A DNA stretch of 50,664 nt from Catajapyx aquilonaris (taxonomy: Eukaryota): positions 62,001 through 112,664 of the forward strand of contig KZ538334.1 in assembly GCA_000934665.2 (NCBI GenBank). The letters are read 5' to 3'. Positions 36,472 through 49,927 of this stretch are shown here, one piece after another. Both the position numbers and the translations under genes were made by a program. The notes beneath the pieces are model-generated. The model ran no database searches. It saw only the letters and a program-made list of their open reading frames with translations, and was not told the origin of the DNA. The number at the start of each line of letters is the position of its first letter. The stretch's first letter is position 1.

Positions 36472-36947
36472 ATGCATCCTGCTATTGTGCCTTCTGTAGT
36501 CACCCTCATAGCTATTATTGTAGGGTTTGTGGTTCCAGTGCTGATCAGAAAAGGAGACAATCAATGGTACGTAACCCTCATATGTATTTATTAGAATTGT
36601 GCAATCACAAACTGAAGAATGTTGGGTGTACGCTACATTATGAAACACCCTGTATATTGAATATGTGCAGTACATACATTTGATATTACAGGGAAAAGAG
36701 GCTGGGAATTTCTATGACCGCAGTGTGCTTCTATCTCTTGTAAGTTATTCAAGAAATCACCACTGGGCTCCCCTGAACTATTGTTTCTCTATTGACAGTT
36801 GGTTGCTGAACTACGTCAGTCAGTTTAACCCCCTCATAGGACCTATGCTACCAAAGACAACACTCATGTTCATGCAGGTAAGTCCATCATTTACGAGTCG
36901 GTAACAAGCTGTTGAACAAGTGTTTGTTTTTCCAGCAAAAATTTTAA
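36472..36947 (+). CDS. ATP6V0E: V-type proton ATPase V0 subunit e
   Basis: Exons 36472-36566, 36692-36739, 36799-36877, 36936-36947 give MHPAIVPSVVTLIAIIVGFVVPVLIRKGDNQWEKRLGISMTAVCFYLFWLLNYVSQFNPLIGPMLPKTTLMFMQQKF* (77 aa): two hydrophobic helices and the typical C-x-YLFW...Q-x-NPLIGP signature; AATAAA near 37005. Confidence 0.92.
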
Positions 36948-37022
36948 GGAAGCGACACTCTTCAAGATGGGCGGAGTTGCAATTTTGCATAAATTAAACA
37001 ACGAAATAAAAAACGATATAAT

Positions 37023-37970
37023 TTATTTTCTGAGCATATCTTTAATACTTGGTGCCAACTGAAAGCCAACAGCTGAACCCACCGTACTGAGCCACATCAG
37101 CAACAGACTCCTGTAAGATAAACCAATTTGTATTAAAGTAACACCTGAGTAACACGTAAAGACAGAGGGTTATACCTGGGTTCCATTGTCGACAGTGTCC
37201 TCAAAAGCTGTTCCGTCTTACATGGATGCAGCTGGAAAAACGGTCTCCCAAGCATAGGATGCTCCTAAAAATCACAGAAATGAGCAAAAAATTATTCCAA
37301 ATATGTCTGTCCGTCCGTGAACAAGTATCAGGGCCTAAGCAGTATGAGATAGCGACGAACGGTTTTCGGATTCGGATTCAGCGTTTCATACGGTATCAGC
37401 AATACAGTATCGCACAGCATTGTTATGTACCTGCTGGGTGATTGTTGACCAAGGGTTATGCTGAACCTCCTCTTTGAAACCTGCCGGTACACGGTCCCAT
37501 ACCTCTTGCAAGCTGAGAAGACGACCATCTGTAAGTAAAAATACGCGGATTCATTTGCATGACTGGTTCAGAGCACAGGGAGGATCGAACATCGTAAAAC
37601 GTAGGGTTTGAGGTCAGGAAGAGTATATTGGAATCAATTTTGTAGGGGTTTTGTGAGGAGGTAAGGATCGATCTCTTACCCTTCCGGCACAGGTTGAAAT
37701 ACAGTACGGGGACACCGTATGCAAGACTGTACACTATGTGGAACTCGCGAGAGATGGCAGTGTCTGTCCTGTGAGACAGCTCGTGGTCGCTCGCCATCTG
37801 GAAGTATTGACAGGTACTACTGAAGGCAGTAAATTCAAATGGTGCTCATATTTGCAGATTTGAAGTGCGAATAATCGTACCTCTTCTTCATACTCAACCA
37901 ACACTTGATCATCACCATCAGCATCGGGTATGACATCCCTGTATGTTAAGTACCCACCACCCGGTGTACC
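37023..37970 (-). CDS. ATG10: Autophagy E2-like conjugating enzyme ATG10; first exon(s) unresolved
   Basis: Minus-strand exons 37970-37881, 37797-37680, 37528-37431, 37264-37176, 37110-37023 in consistent phase: EFHIVYSLAYGVPVLYF, DGRLLSLQEVW, STITQQEHPMLGRPFFQLHPCKT (catalytic HPC), LLMWLSTVGSAVG. Confidence 0.92.
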
Positions 37971-38228
37971 CTGCAATTATTGTAAAAAAAAAAGGTGGTC
38001 ATCACTGCAAAGAACTTCGAGGGCAATAGGGTACATTGAAGACAGTAAAAAAAAACACATCTTCCCCGAGCACCCACCGGCCCACCCCCTTCCTTTGACC
38101 TTCTTCTGAAAAAAAAAAAAGGTCAGCCAGAGACCATTTGCCTTGAGGATTTTCCACCGGTGTTGCCTCGATGCTGCACCTTGTGATTAGGACTCGGAAA
38201 AATTCGCCGGAATTTCGTCGCCACATAC

Positions 38229-38550
38229 TGATTGGTTAGCTACCAACCAACCAGAACGCGGTATGGGGTCGACCAATCAGAGCCGAGTTCGTCGCAAATC
38301 GCGGACAGGTGTGCCAACTGTGATTCACAGCTCATTGGCTGCTTCACATCACGTGACGAACATGGCAGTTGGCACCCTGCACCAGACAGTACTGTTGGCA
38401 CCCCTGATTCGCAACTCATTGGTTGTTTCGCATCACGTGACGAGCAGGAGTGCCAACTGCTAACGTCTTTGGGGGGGGGGGAGGGTGTCACGTGATCAAC
38501 ATTATAGCTCATTGGCCGTTTCGCATCACGTGATGATCAGGACTGCCAAC
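38229..38550. promoter_or_regulatory. Repeated CCAAT plus TCACGTGA (E-box/CLEAR-like) modules upstream of ATG10
   Basis: TCACGTGA at 38349, 38433, 38488, 38526; three are preceded by CTCATTGG in ~85-bp degenerate repeats that also carry GCCAAC. Confidence 0.55.
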
Positions 38551-39792
38551 ATACGTACTTTGTCGCCCAAAAAGGTCCAATGAAACGGCGCCGGCAATGT
38601 TTCCAGATCCGCCGCTTCTTTCAGGAACCGTTCCCAGGCGAAGAAGAGATCTGACGCCATATCTACCCAAAAATATATATATTAGTAAAGGTCAAAATCA
38701 GGTCAAATTACTATTCTTCCCTATATGCCCCCTCTTATATTTATCCCCCCTTTCCCCCCCTCCCTTCCCCCCCGCCCCATCCCTCCCACAGTATATCGCC
38801 GGATGCGGGGGTTAGACTTGATATTGATTCGTGTTTGAAGTGTCGTCGGGGCCCTGCAAAATTTTCCCCTTTCCCAACAATGAGCGGGGGGGGGTGTCCC
38901 CCCTGCAACAATGTGTCACCTCAACCCCGCATGCGCAAGTCCTACTATGCACCTGCGTAACAATGGTCCACCATACCCCCCCCCTCCCATACCCACTCAA
39001 AGTTTAGGGTTTCCCCCCTCAAGGGGGTAAAATGTGTGCGCCTTTTGGGGGGTAAATTGGGCCGACTTGGCAACGCAGCCCCGGCGTCGGGAGTGGCTCC
39101 GCAGCAGCCACCGGCATTTTTTTTCTTTTTTTTTTTGAGGATGGGAGGGGTGGGAAGAGGGGAGGGGGGGTTGGGTGGAGGGGGGTTGGGTGGATCAAAA
39201 GCAGGGTTGGAAATGTGGGGTTGTCACCTGTTGGGTTGCGTATGGGTAGATTACCTTTAGGATGGGTTTGATGGTTTGAATATGCTTTAAATAAAATGTG
39301 GGCGTACACTTAAAATCGGAAATTAAAAATTGGAAGGCAGTTTTGGTGCTAATAGGTTGTTTGAGAGGCACTTAACTCCAATAAGCGGCTCGAAAGGAGC
39401 GCAACTATAATAGGCTTGTTGGGGGGCAATAAACAGAAAGTTGTGAGATGCAAGACCAATAACAGTGATTTAAACCGATTGCTTACTAATGCATCTCTTA
39501 TTTACGTTACTTTCTACGCAAAGGATATGATTACAAAATACCATTAATTGTTAAACACACATCACACAGAGTAGGAATATGAGCACAAAATTTTCATGTA
39601 AGTTAATTTATTTTAGGGATCAGTGGATGTGTACCAATACTGTGTAGTGTATACAGTTGAATCGGGTTATAACATACTCCAAAGAGCAGTCCCGGCAAAT
39701 TTTTTAATTGTATTCGACTATAACAGCGACTTTGGTTATGACAGACCGATTTTCGCGGTCCCGTGAAATCTGTTATATTCTGATTCAACAGT

Positions 39793-39794
39793 AT

Positions 39795-39849
<55 letters not shown>

Positions 39850-39851
39850 TC

Positions 39852-39887
<36 letters not shown>

Positions 39888-39922
39888 TTATTATTATCAT
39901 CATCACACACACACACACACAC
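39793..39922. repeat. Compound microsatellite (TTTA)n-(TTA)n-(TCA)n-(CA)n
   Basis: Read directly. Other microsatellites: (CA)n about 11920-11957, (TAAA)n 29283-29316, (TAA)n 41805-41859 and 43963-44033. Confidence 0.95.
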
Positions 39923-40045
39923 TCCCTTCATCACTGACTACCTCTCATAGGGAAATGTCGTGATGATGATGATCATCATCATTATACTGCGTCATTACAA
40001 CCTGGCAAAAGTGTGAAGAAATAAAACACGACAATTAAAGGTCAA

Positions 40046-40174
40046 GGGTGGAATTTTCGTTGTCCTACTACCACCACTACTAGTGACTGCTAACTTATCA
40101 GTACCATTGCACTACACTGGTACTGCTAAGTTAGAAGTAACTTACTATATAGTAGTACGACGAAAATTCCACCC
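40046..40174. mobile_element. 129-bp Harbinger-like MITE related to 7549-7973
   Basis: Perfect 15-bp TIR GGGTGGAATTTTCGT / ACGAAAATTCCACCC, flanks CAA / TAA; interior CTAACTTATCAGTACC...GGTACTGCTAAGTTAG resembles the tandem unit at 7570-7960. Confidence 0.7.
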
Positions 40175-40759
40175 TAAAATTCGGATTTTGCATGTAAGAT
40201 CCATTTGAGGCTACTATCGAGGGTATATCATGTCTTCCGGTTATAATAAATGATTGGCAACAATGAGCATGGTGGAGCATGAATCGCGGAGGTAAAGCTG
40301 GTTGACAATCACTTCTCCATACTGGGCGAGCTTCACACAAAACAAAGCCGGTTTCTCAACCAGTTTTATCAATGTGGGGCTATACGGAGTACTATATGCA
40401 ATCATAAAACATCATAGAGCACTAATTATAAAAGTGTGTAAAAAGTTTCTCTACATATAGTCCACAAAATAAACCGGCCCGGCCCTATGTATGAACACCG
40501 TCCGGTCCTACCCTGTAATTAAATTAAACAACGCGCATGTAACCCACTTTCCTCCCCCCGGATAATACACTAGTACACATTAAACCTGGGGAGGTACCCA
40601 ATGTATCCAACAACACCCCCCAATCAAAGCACGGGCCGGGGTATGTTTAAGGAACTATCCCCTCTTTATTTCCAACCCTGCTTGAAGATGACGCAGAGTT
40701 GGAAGGAAAAGAGGGGTGGGTGGGTGGGTGGTTGATGTGCCCCCCCCCCCCCCCCCCCC

Positions 40760-40855
40760 NNNNNNNNNNNNNNNNNNNNNNNNNNNNNNNNNNNNNNNNN
40801 NNNNNNNNNNNNNNNNNNNNNNNNNNNNNNNNNNNNNNNNNNNNNNNNNNNNNNN
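40760..40855. other. Assembly gap
   Basis: Run of N between poly-C and poly-G tracts. Confidence 0.99.
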
Positions 40856-41251
40856 GGGGGAGGGGGTGGAAGGGGGAGGGGGGGGGGGAGGTATGCAACA
40901 CACATCACCCCCCCCCCCCCTCTCCCCGCTCCTCTCCCCCACCTCCCCCTAGCCACCACCAACCTATCCCCAACCCAGCTAAAGCCGAGTTTCTCCCCGC
41001 TGCTCCCGAGTCAGTAGTCCGTTTTGACCCACGGTGCACAGTGTGCGGGTCGGACACCCGCCTTGTACACACAGCACACATAGTTAGCCCACAGAGAGGA
41101 ACAGCCCGGGGGTGTCGCGGGTGGTTTGGTGTAGTGTGTGTTTTTTCCCCATTTGCTAGTACCCATTCGAACGAAAAGCAGTGTGTGGTTGTAGAGAGAG
41201 TGAAGGTGTGATGGGAGCGCCGAGACGACGAGGGTGACGCCGCCGGACGCC

Positions 41252-41803
41252 ATGTACGCCAAGGGGAAGGGATCCACCGTCCCCTCGGACGCCCAGGCCA
41301 GAGAAAAGTAGGTTGGAACTTACCCTGTGTTGTCTTGTGTATAAAGACTTAAACATTGAAGGGTGAAAAAGGGAGAGAGAGGACGAGGGAGGGGTGACGT
41401 CACAATGGCCGGGGAGAAGCTGTTCCACCACGCTGCTACTGCTGCTCCGGCGAGTGCTGAAGAGAGAGACGTGCCCGGAGTCTTTGAACAGAGGGACTTG
41501 GGGCCAAGGGCAGCCTTTACATTGAGAGAAGGGTTCATACTGGACCAGGTCTAGAACCGGTGCTGGAGTGAGCAATTCAGAACATGTCCAAAATCAGACC
41601 AGTTTCATCAGTGGTGTGTGAATGGCCACATGTACTGTTCAGAGACAACACAACAACAGCAGCAACAGCAACGACGACAACGACAATATAATAGTACATA
41701 CATTTCTTCACGGCATTAGTTCCCATACTGGTGGTGTCCAGGTATTACCTGACCACCGTGTTAAGACCGACATAATGACACCTCTGGTGATCAGGTCACG
41801 CTG

Positions 41804-41861
<58 letters not shown>

Positions 41862-43979
41862 ACTGACAAGTTCAACCTGTCATTGACAGCAATGTAGGAA
41901 CCTGTTAACACTAGTTAACACTGGAGATATGACCGTTGTAGCCTTATTCGTAATATGAGGTCACAGAGTCCAGTTGGTTTAATACCAAATTTAACGAGAG
42001 TTGATGATGTGGATTAGAATAATTTGATGACGTTGTAATTGACAAAATCGAAATGATGAACCTGCTTATTTATCAGTTTTATGCAATGAATGTTATGATT
42101 GTAACAAGGGTTAAACCCTTGGGATGACACCTTCATTTGTGTGATCAGCGTCAGGCCTTGGTTGCATTGTTGGGGGTGTACATTCCAACTGGACACGTAC
42201 ATAATATTATGGTACAGTACACATGTATGAGGACCTGATGTGCAGAACAATCAACACCCACATTTTGGTCAAATTTGGTTAAAATTGTGTGGTCCTGGAA
42301 GTATTCTCTCTGGTGGTCAAAAGAAATTGCTGACCTCTACTAACTGTAAGATTATTTTAAAAATACATTTATAAGGTTATAAAAATATCAATGGGACTGT
42401 TCTTCATGTCATCTATATTATGTTGTGATACGTGTCAGGCCAGGCATTTAAATTAAAATAAGAACCGCCTTGACGTGACGTGTGCAGCCAAGGTGTCTCT
42501 AAATATAGCAAAATATCAGAATTACACGATAAACCTGTTGCCAACAAGGACAAGCAATACCATTGTAAAATTTTAAAACCCTATTATGCTGAACAACTTC
42601 ATATACTCCATGCCAGTCTGTTAGGGAAGCAGTATGTGATAACTTTTGCTTCAGCATAAGCTATGTAAAAGTTATTTATTGTTTAGTCGTGAATAAGCAG
42701 TATTGCTACAGTGTGAGCTAAGCATGTGCCAGGCGAGGTTAATGAGTAGGATAAGTGTTGTGTAACTATAAAATAATGTGCAAAAATGAAGCACTGGTTG
42801 TGTCAGATCATTAAGGTTAATGAATGAGAAGAGGTGAGGATTATCCCTTTTGAGTTGGTACAAAGGCCAACCTCTTTGCATTTTATAAGCGCAGAGCACA
42901 TGTGCAGCCATGACAGGCCGTAAATACACACTGAAAGGACGGGGGAAGTGCGATAATGCCGTAGATATGCACCAGATACAACTGGATCGAAGACCCAATA
43001 AATTCTCGGTGCAGCATTACCATCACAATAATATTACATGCTTACTGTGAATAATACATGGCCAATATTGTTGCAGTGCGTGCAGCAGACAGACCAGGCT
43101 GGATTTGTTTATTTTTTTGAGGATGATTGCACCTGTATGATTGTTGACTATCATGAATGTAGTTCCCTTGCTCTAACGTACAGCGTACTTGTTAGGCTGC
43201 TATTTTGCTGCAATATGGCATAATATGTCAGCAAAAATGAATTTGGGTGTGACCTATGACTCATTGCATCACCCAACTGATTGATTTTTGGTGTCACCTG
43301 ATTGCCACCTGAGTGCTGATTGTTGTAGGACTTTTGCCCTGCCCTCTTCCCTCTTGGCCAGAGTATAACAGCCCCTGGAGTGGTTTTTGTGCCCCTGGGC
43401 AAGTAGGTCACCTAGAAGAAGGCAGGAGGAATTGGTCCCTTACAAACAGAGCGTGGAGGAGTTGCCAGGCCAGCAGCCCGAGTTTACTATGAGTCCACAG
43501 CAAAAATGAAAAAAAAAAAGATAGATAGGTGAGATAGAGACATGTAGGTGAATTGGATGGCAACGTTGGACTCCTCCTTCCCGGAAGTAGGCCGCCGGAA
43601 GAGCTACGGAAAAGGGGGATTGTTGTTCATCAGCTAGGCGATCCAAGGGCATATTGCGGCCGACCCAATGCATCTCGACATATTTTTTTCGGCCTAAAAT
43701 GCACATATGCAGCCAATAATCTCTACTTATAAACGTGAAAGTTCGTATGTTTGATCGGGCTACCTAACCCACTTTCATAGCTTTGAGAGTACTGAAATTT
43801 GGCACACCGATGTCTTCCGTGCCATTGATTGAGGAAAAAGTCAGAAAACTGAACTTTTTTGAGTTTACATACCCAAAAATTTAGGATTTAAAAAAGAGAA
43901 GTTTGGTGTTTCATCTCTATAGGTTTTACAAACATCTCATATGCGAAGAACGGGTCCACTGCTAATAATACAAATAATA

Positions 43980-44034
<55 letters not shown>

Positions 44035-47000
44035 TACATTGTAAGAGTTGTAGCATGTGTAACCGGATCGGGTTACAACATATGTGTTTATTCAATTCCT
44101 GGAGTGCTGCTGGTTTAAATTGTTTTCAACCCTGGGCTGGCGAAAATTATTGCACCTGAAGTACTTGCTCGTGGAAGGGTTTTTATGAATGCAAGTCGCG
44201 TTGGTGAGTGGCCTGACTGGATGTACTCTACAGTACTAGTTAGATATTTACGTACATGCATTATTTTTCATCTCCGTTTTAGTTACATGTGGAATACTCC
44301 TTACAACACAGGGATGAATGTTAAGAATATTAGTCGATTTAATATTGAGGACATTGTTGACATTTGTAAAGCATTTTACGTAAGTAGTGGAAAAATAGCG
44401 GGCTTCTTGAAGTTCATCGAGCGACGTTTGAGTGACTGGGGAGTCTGGGTCAAATGAACATTTTTGTCCGTGGTATAATACTGTTACACCGGTACACGTT
44501 TCAAAAACAAAAAAAAAGTTGCATTTTTTCGAAAGGCGAATTACTGTAACATTGGAACAGTATGCTCTACTTTTTTCCACCATTTCGGTGCCTTCAGGTG
44601 ATCATCATTTTCCGATACGTCATGTTATTTGGGCGAGATAAAGGGCAAAGAAATGGCTTTGAAAGGTCAGGGTGTGAAAATATTATGAAATGAAGCCCCA
44701 CATCATGTGCAGCAGAGCTATATAGATGAAGCAATATACGCATCCATTCACAACAACAGCTATTAATATTTCGAAGAAAAAAAAAACAGTGTGTCACGTC
44801 ATGTGGAACGTAAATATGTTTTATGATTCCTACTTCCCGCATATACATCGTGGCATTGAATCAAATCATGCTGCATCAAGGTGCTATGTTTACCATGCAA
44901 AAAAAAAACTTAAAATGTTTTTCTGAAATGTCATGAGGAAAATTCGCTTATTTCGCAATTTTTTCGTCCCATTTTTAGAAAGGTGATGCAACATGTTAAA
45001 TAACATATGCGGAAGAGTACGTAGCCATATATGAGTCACCGATGTGTATTGACAGCTGTATTTATTATGTCACATATTTACCAACAGCAGATGTTCCCTG
45101 TAATGTGTTATAAGAATATTTTTTCGAAAATTGCAGCAGATTGCATGCAGCCTGGTCGTCTTGCCCAGTAAATATGGATTATCACATTGGCGTACAGGGG
45201 CACTTGGCGAGGGGGGAAGATCCTGGAAATATTCAATATTTACACGACCGGCCAGTGTTGTATTTCTGGGCAGAACATTAAGTGTATCGGTGCATTTAAC
45301 TGCCGAATAAACTGTGGCTTAAAGCTAGATGGCGGTAGTGTGCAAGCAGCGCCCTCTTTGCGCTTCTTCCTGGAACTATATTTTACTAATGGCTTATTAC
45401 CGTGCATGCCTGTCACTTGATTGCGACTGGTCACGTGGAGTGTTAATTACTTACGTGCCTCATTCAATTTAATTACAGGCTGTCTACAGGTTCAGGGGAG
45501 TTAAGAATACCATGGTTTAAACGCATGCTATATAAGGGAGGACAAAAAAAAATATATAAAGGGGACTGAAGTAGTGCCAGCTGTCATATGATAATAAGCA
45601 CTGATAGCAACTGATGTACTCCCCTGGTAAAAAGGACAGAGACACGATTGCACATCCAGGGTGGGAATTACGTAAGGGGAATTAGCAGTAATTTCCTGTG
45701 GGGGGAAATGTCCTGAGAATATTGGATGCCAGGTGTTTTGTACTAATGTGTTTTTTTTTCTCGGTTTGTTACAGGTTGGCGTTGTATGTGTACGAGTACC
45801 TGCTTCACGTGGGTGCGCAGAAGGCGGCGCAGACCTTCCTTTCCGAGGTGAGTTGGGGTCAAATCGAGGCCACGCAGGCCATGGGCCAGTTGAATGCACG
45901 AAATGATCGTTGTAATGATTCCTAAGTGTGAAGGTTTCACGATTGCGTTAATTTATCTATTTAACAACCCTTATCCCATACATAAATCAAGCAAATGACT
46001 GTTTAATTGGACATTTATGTAGTGTACTAGTGCCATCCACCAGAGGCGCTGCCTCCCCCATTGCGCAGGCGCAGAGCGGAAGCTTCACGTAAACAATATA
46101 TGTCAGGCCAATCAGTCATGCAAAGAAGGATTTTAATATTACAGACATTGCAAAATTTCTATAGGGAACTAATTGCTCGGGAGAAAGCTACTATTTTACA
46201 CAATTTTGTACACAGATTGTTTAGTTATTTATAGCGATAATGGTTGGTATCGGTGGCGGTGTCATTGCGACAAATTTTGAACCGATGAATGAATCTGCGG
46301 TTCATTTATGGGGGGGATGAAATATTTTAAAAATAAATCGTTTAAATCGTGGGCAAAAAACAGGTTGAATTTCATTCTGAAAGCAGGGATGCCAATTCGG
46401 AGGGGGAGAGCCAAAAGCTGATGCAATTTATGCCCGCCTTATGATGCAAATCAATTATTTGTTAATTATGTGGCCCATCCACGAACCGCGAAACCGGGGG
46501 ACAAATTATTTTAAAATGGGCTCTGAACTGTCAAAAGTAATAGAGATTAAATAATGCATTAATTCGTGGTGTTACGACAAGCAATATTTCCCCATGCAAT
46601 ACTATATAGCCACATGCTCTATATAGCTCAAAAAGATTGATACGATTATGCATTTTGATTTCAATGACAAAAAAAATCGTCTCTATATTTTTTGAGCGAT
46701 ATAGTACAGTATTACGAGGTATGAAGTTAACATTTGTCTGAAGTTGTTGGCGATCATGTTCCTGCTCTTGCGAAAGCCAAATGAATTTTCCGGATATAGT
46801 TACCCATAATGCGATCACACAGATACGATATTACGCGGTGTTTTTTTGTTGTTGTTTTTTGCTGTAATTCCTGGCAAGCATTATGGCCTGGTTGATATCA
46901 GCCAGAGATGAAATAAGCTGTTTATGGCATTCTGTTTGTGAGTGCAATGCATTTGAAGCAGGCCCATTCGACACGATGACTAATGTTTGGAAGGTGCCAT

Positions 47001-49488
47001 TTGCGTAACAAATGATCGGTAATATTTTGTTTTGTTTCCCAAGTGTTGAGATGGGTAAAAAAAGAGTTATTTAAAAATGGTATGTAGTGTAAATATTTTT
47101 GCAGCAACAGGTGTTTATCCACCGCAGTTTTTTTTTTTTTGTTTGGAAATTATTCCATCCAATTGTTTGGCCATGTGACATCCCCTGAATTTAGCACAGA
47201 CAAAATAAACAAATGTTGTACAGACGAGCCAAACTCTTTTTTTTTTGCGGAAAAAAAAGTCGTGCCCCACAAATACATAAGTGAAGTAAAAGTGGCTGGA
47301 ACATGCGACACGTTTATCGCTCCCTTGGAACTAGGTCACATCTGGGTGAAATGATATTTTCACCCCAGCATTTGGAATGCCTGTACCATTCAGGTCAGTG
47401 CACCGTTTGCGACTGGCGTGAAAATGTAACGCAATTTTTTTCCCCCGCCTGAACAAATGAATAAGAAGCTGGGAAAATTTGTGCATATTAAGAGTAAAAT
47501 TTTCTGGATACGACGTCCCTTTTTTTTCTGTTGGTTCAATTGCACGTAATGGTCAGCCCTTGTTACAATTTTGTTTTCGCTACAGGGGGGCACGATTGTT
47601 GCTAAACGATCATAATTATAGGGGGGGCCTGTTTTCCAATGTAACGCACTGGCTGTGTGTGTGGGAGATCAGGTCGCACAGTTGGGAATCTGTTTTTGGA
47701 GGGGGGCTTTTGGGTGTGGGGGATTGGGGGGGGGGGTCAAAATACGTGCGTCAATTGATCGATTTCCGAGGCTTAGGAAACAATCGATCGGGGGACTTTT
47801 CACAGATGCTTGACTTTCCCCCCCTATCTTTAGGGTACCCCCTTACCACGTGTGTGACCATTGTTATTGGGCTGACCCTCCACTAATAATTCATATAGGA
47901 AAGGAAGTACAGTACGAATCGATAATTATTTGCAATATGCTGTTTACATTTTTGTGCGATAGTTTTTTTTTTGCGAAAAATTTTTGTGCCATTTTTTTTG
48001 AATGGAGTTTTGTGTGGGCAGCATACCCATCTCCCCCCACCCATTTCAACCCCCCCACCCATTTCAGCCCCCCCTCCATCCCCTCTCTTTCCCTCCCCTG
48101 GCGAAAATCCCGCGCAAAAATCAATAGAGGAGTTTAGCCTAGAATGGTGTNGGGGGGGGGGGGGGGGGTGTTTGGGATGGGGTGTAGGGTGGGCACATGA
48201 AAAAGGAGAAAACAAGTGCTTGGGAGTGTATAAGGCCGGGGCGGGAGATTTAAATGCGGGTTTTTGGGTGGACCTGTGGCGCTGTCTGTTTCAGGCATTG
48301 ATTTCTAGGAGTATCGCAGATGGTACGGGGAGGGGGAAAAAAATATTTGTGGCATGTGCATGGTACTGGTGTTTCTGAACCGAAATGTAAGTATGAAAAT
48401 TATGCAAGGAATTTTTGCAAACTGACAATCAATGTCAATATACAAAACTTGGTCGACAGCAGTGAATATTTCAATTGTTTGAAATTATTTTGCAATTAAA
48501 TTAACTGAAATACTAGAGGAACTGTCTCCAATATTTTTTAAAAACCAACATACAGTGCGGAAAACGATCTGGCGTCGTCATTTGGTTCTCATGCAACAAT
48601 AGGAGTAAACAATGTTCTTGTTGGTTGACACTGTTTACTCATATTGTTGTGTGACAATGACTTCAGATCGTCGCTTCGTTTTCCGCACAGTTAAGGGTGT
48701 CCCAAAAGTTTGAATAATATGATATTGTAGATTGTCAGGATACCAGTTGTCAACCAACAATATAATATCCCTGTATGCCCATACGTTTGGGTCACCATGC
48801 AGATTGGAGTCAATCTCATTGAGTTGTTTATTTTCTATGATCACAAAAGTCTGCTGAATGGACTTATAAAGTATTTACAATGTAAACAGTTCAGTGACTG
48901 ATTCGAGCTGTGATTTTGCTATGTTTGTGCTCTCCATTGTTGTATGAGCAATCCATAATTTTTTTGCGATCCAACAAAATGGTTCAGATTTTTTTTAGTA
49001 ATGTTCGTATGCAACTCTGCACAAATGTTGGGTATATCACCATTGCACAATTTTTGTAAAGGCAATTTCAACACAGGTGCTCGTAAACGTGACGTCACAA
49101 GGCTGACAATGACGCCGACTTTTTTTTTTTAAAGTTCGCAATGTAAATGTTGCAAAAAAAAATATGCAGAATAAGAAGGAAAGGTCAAGCATTTTGAATG
49201 AAGGGTTTTGTGACGAACCTTTTTGCCATCCACGAGTTTTTCCCTCAGAATGAGGAATTTTTGTGTCGACCTTGACAAGGCGTATAAGTTGCGTGCGGGG
49301 CACAACCTTCCGTGTGAGAGGAGGGGTTTTTTTTGGAGGTGGAGCAAGGGAGAGGGAGGGTAAGGAAGGGGGGGGTGATATTAATGACTTGCACTCTGAC
49401 CTGACCTGTTGACCTCCTCGTTACAGATTCGGTGGGAAAAGAACATCACTCTCGGAGAGCCGCCTGGATTCCTTCATTCCTGGTGGTG
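41252..49488 (+). CDS. Ssdp: Ssdp / SSBP2-4 family LisH (LUFS) domain protein, first three coding exons; continues beyond window
   Basis: Exons 41252-41307, 45775-45847, 49427-49488 give [63 protein letters not shown], the highly conserved N-terminus of SSDP proteins; canonical splice sites, phases 2,0,2. Confidence 0.96.
43720..43965 (+). mobile_element. Non-autonomous Helitron-like element
   Basis: A|TCTCTACTTATAAACGTGAAAGTT... 5' TC start, ...GCGAAGAACGGGTCCACTGCTAA|T 3' CTRR end, between A and T, no TSD; homologous to 27729-27940. Confidence 0.55.
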
Positions 49489-49927
49489 GTAAGTATGTTT
49501 TTTTTTTTGTATGTAAAAATATACACACAAAAAATAATAATCCATATCTTCCGGGTTGCTTATATGCAGCTTGGTCATAAAAATTGATAGAAATGCAGGC
49601 CTGATAAAAAGGCAACCTTGAAGCCCTTTTGTGGGAGAATAGTCATTGTAATATTGAATTTTAAGGGTCTTAAACGCATTGCACTGGTGATCCTAGGCCT
49701 GGTTTTACCATTTACTGGCTGAAGGCCTTTTTGGTGCTAATTTTCACATTTTTTTTTTTTTTGGAGCCACGTCGTGCTGTCAGTTACGTTGCATTGAGCA
49801 CGAGTACAGTGCAGTAATATTAGGTGCTGCACCCAACTGGATATAAATTATTAACTGAGCTGCTTAACCCAAATATGCATAGCGTCCTATATGTAGGACA
49901 CTTGCATGTTCATTTGCTCATAAAATA

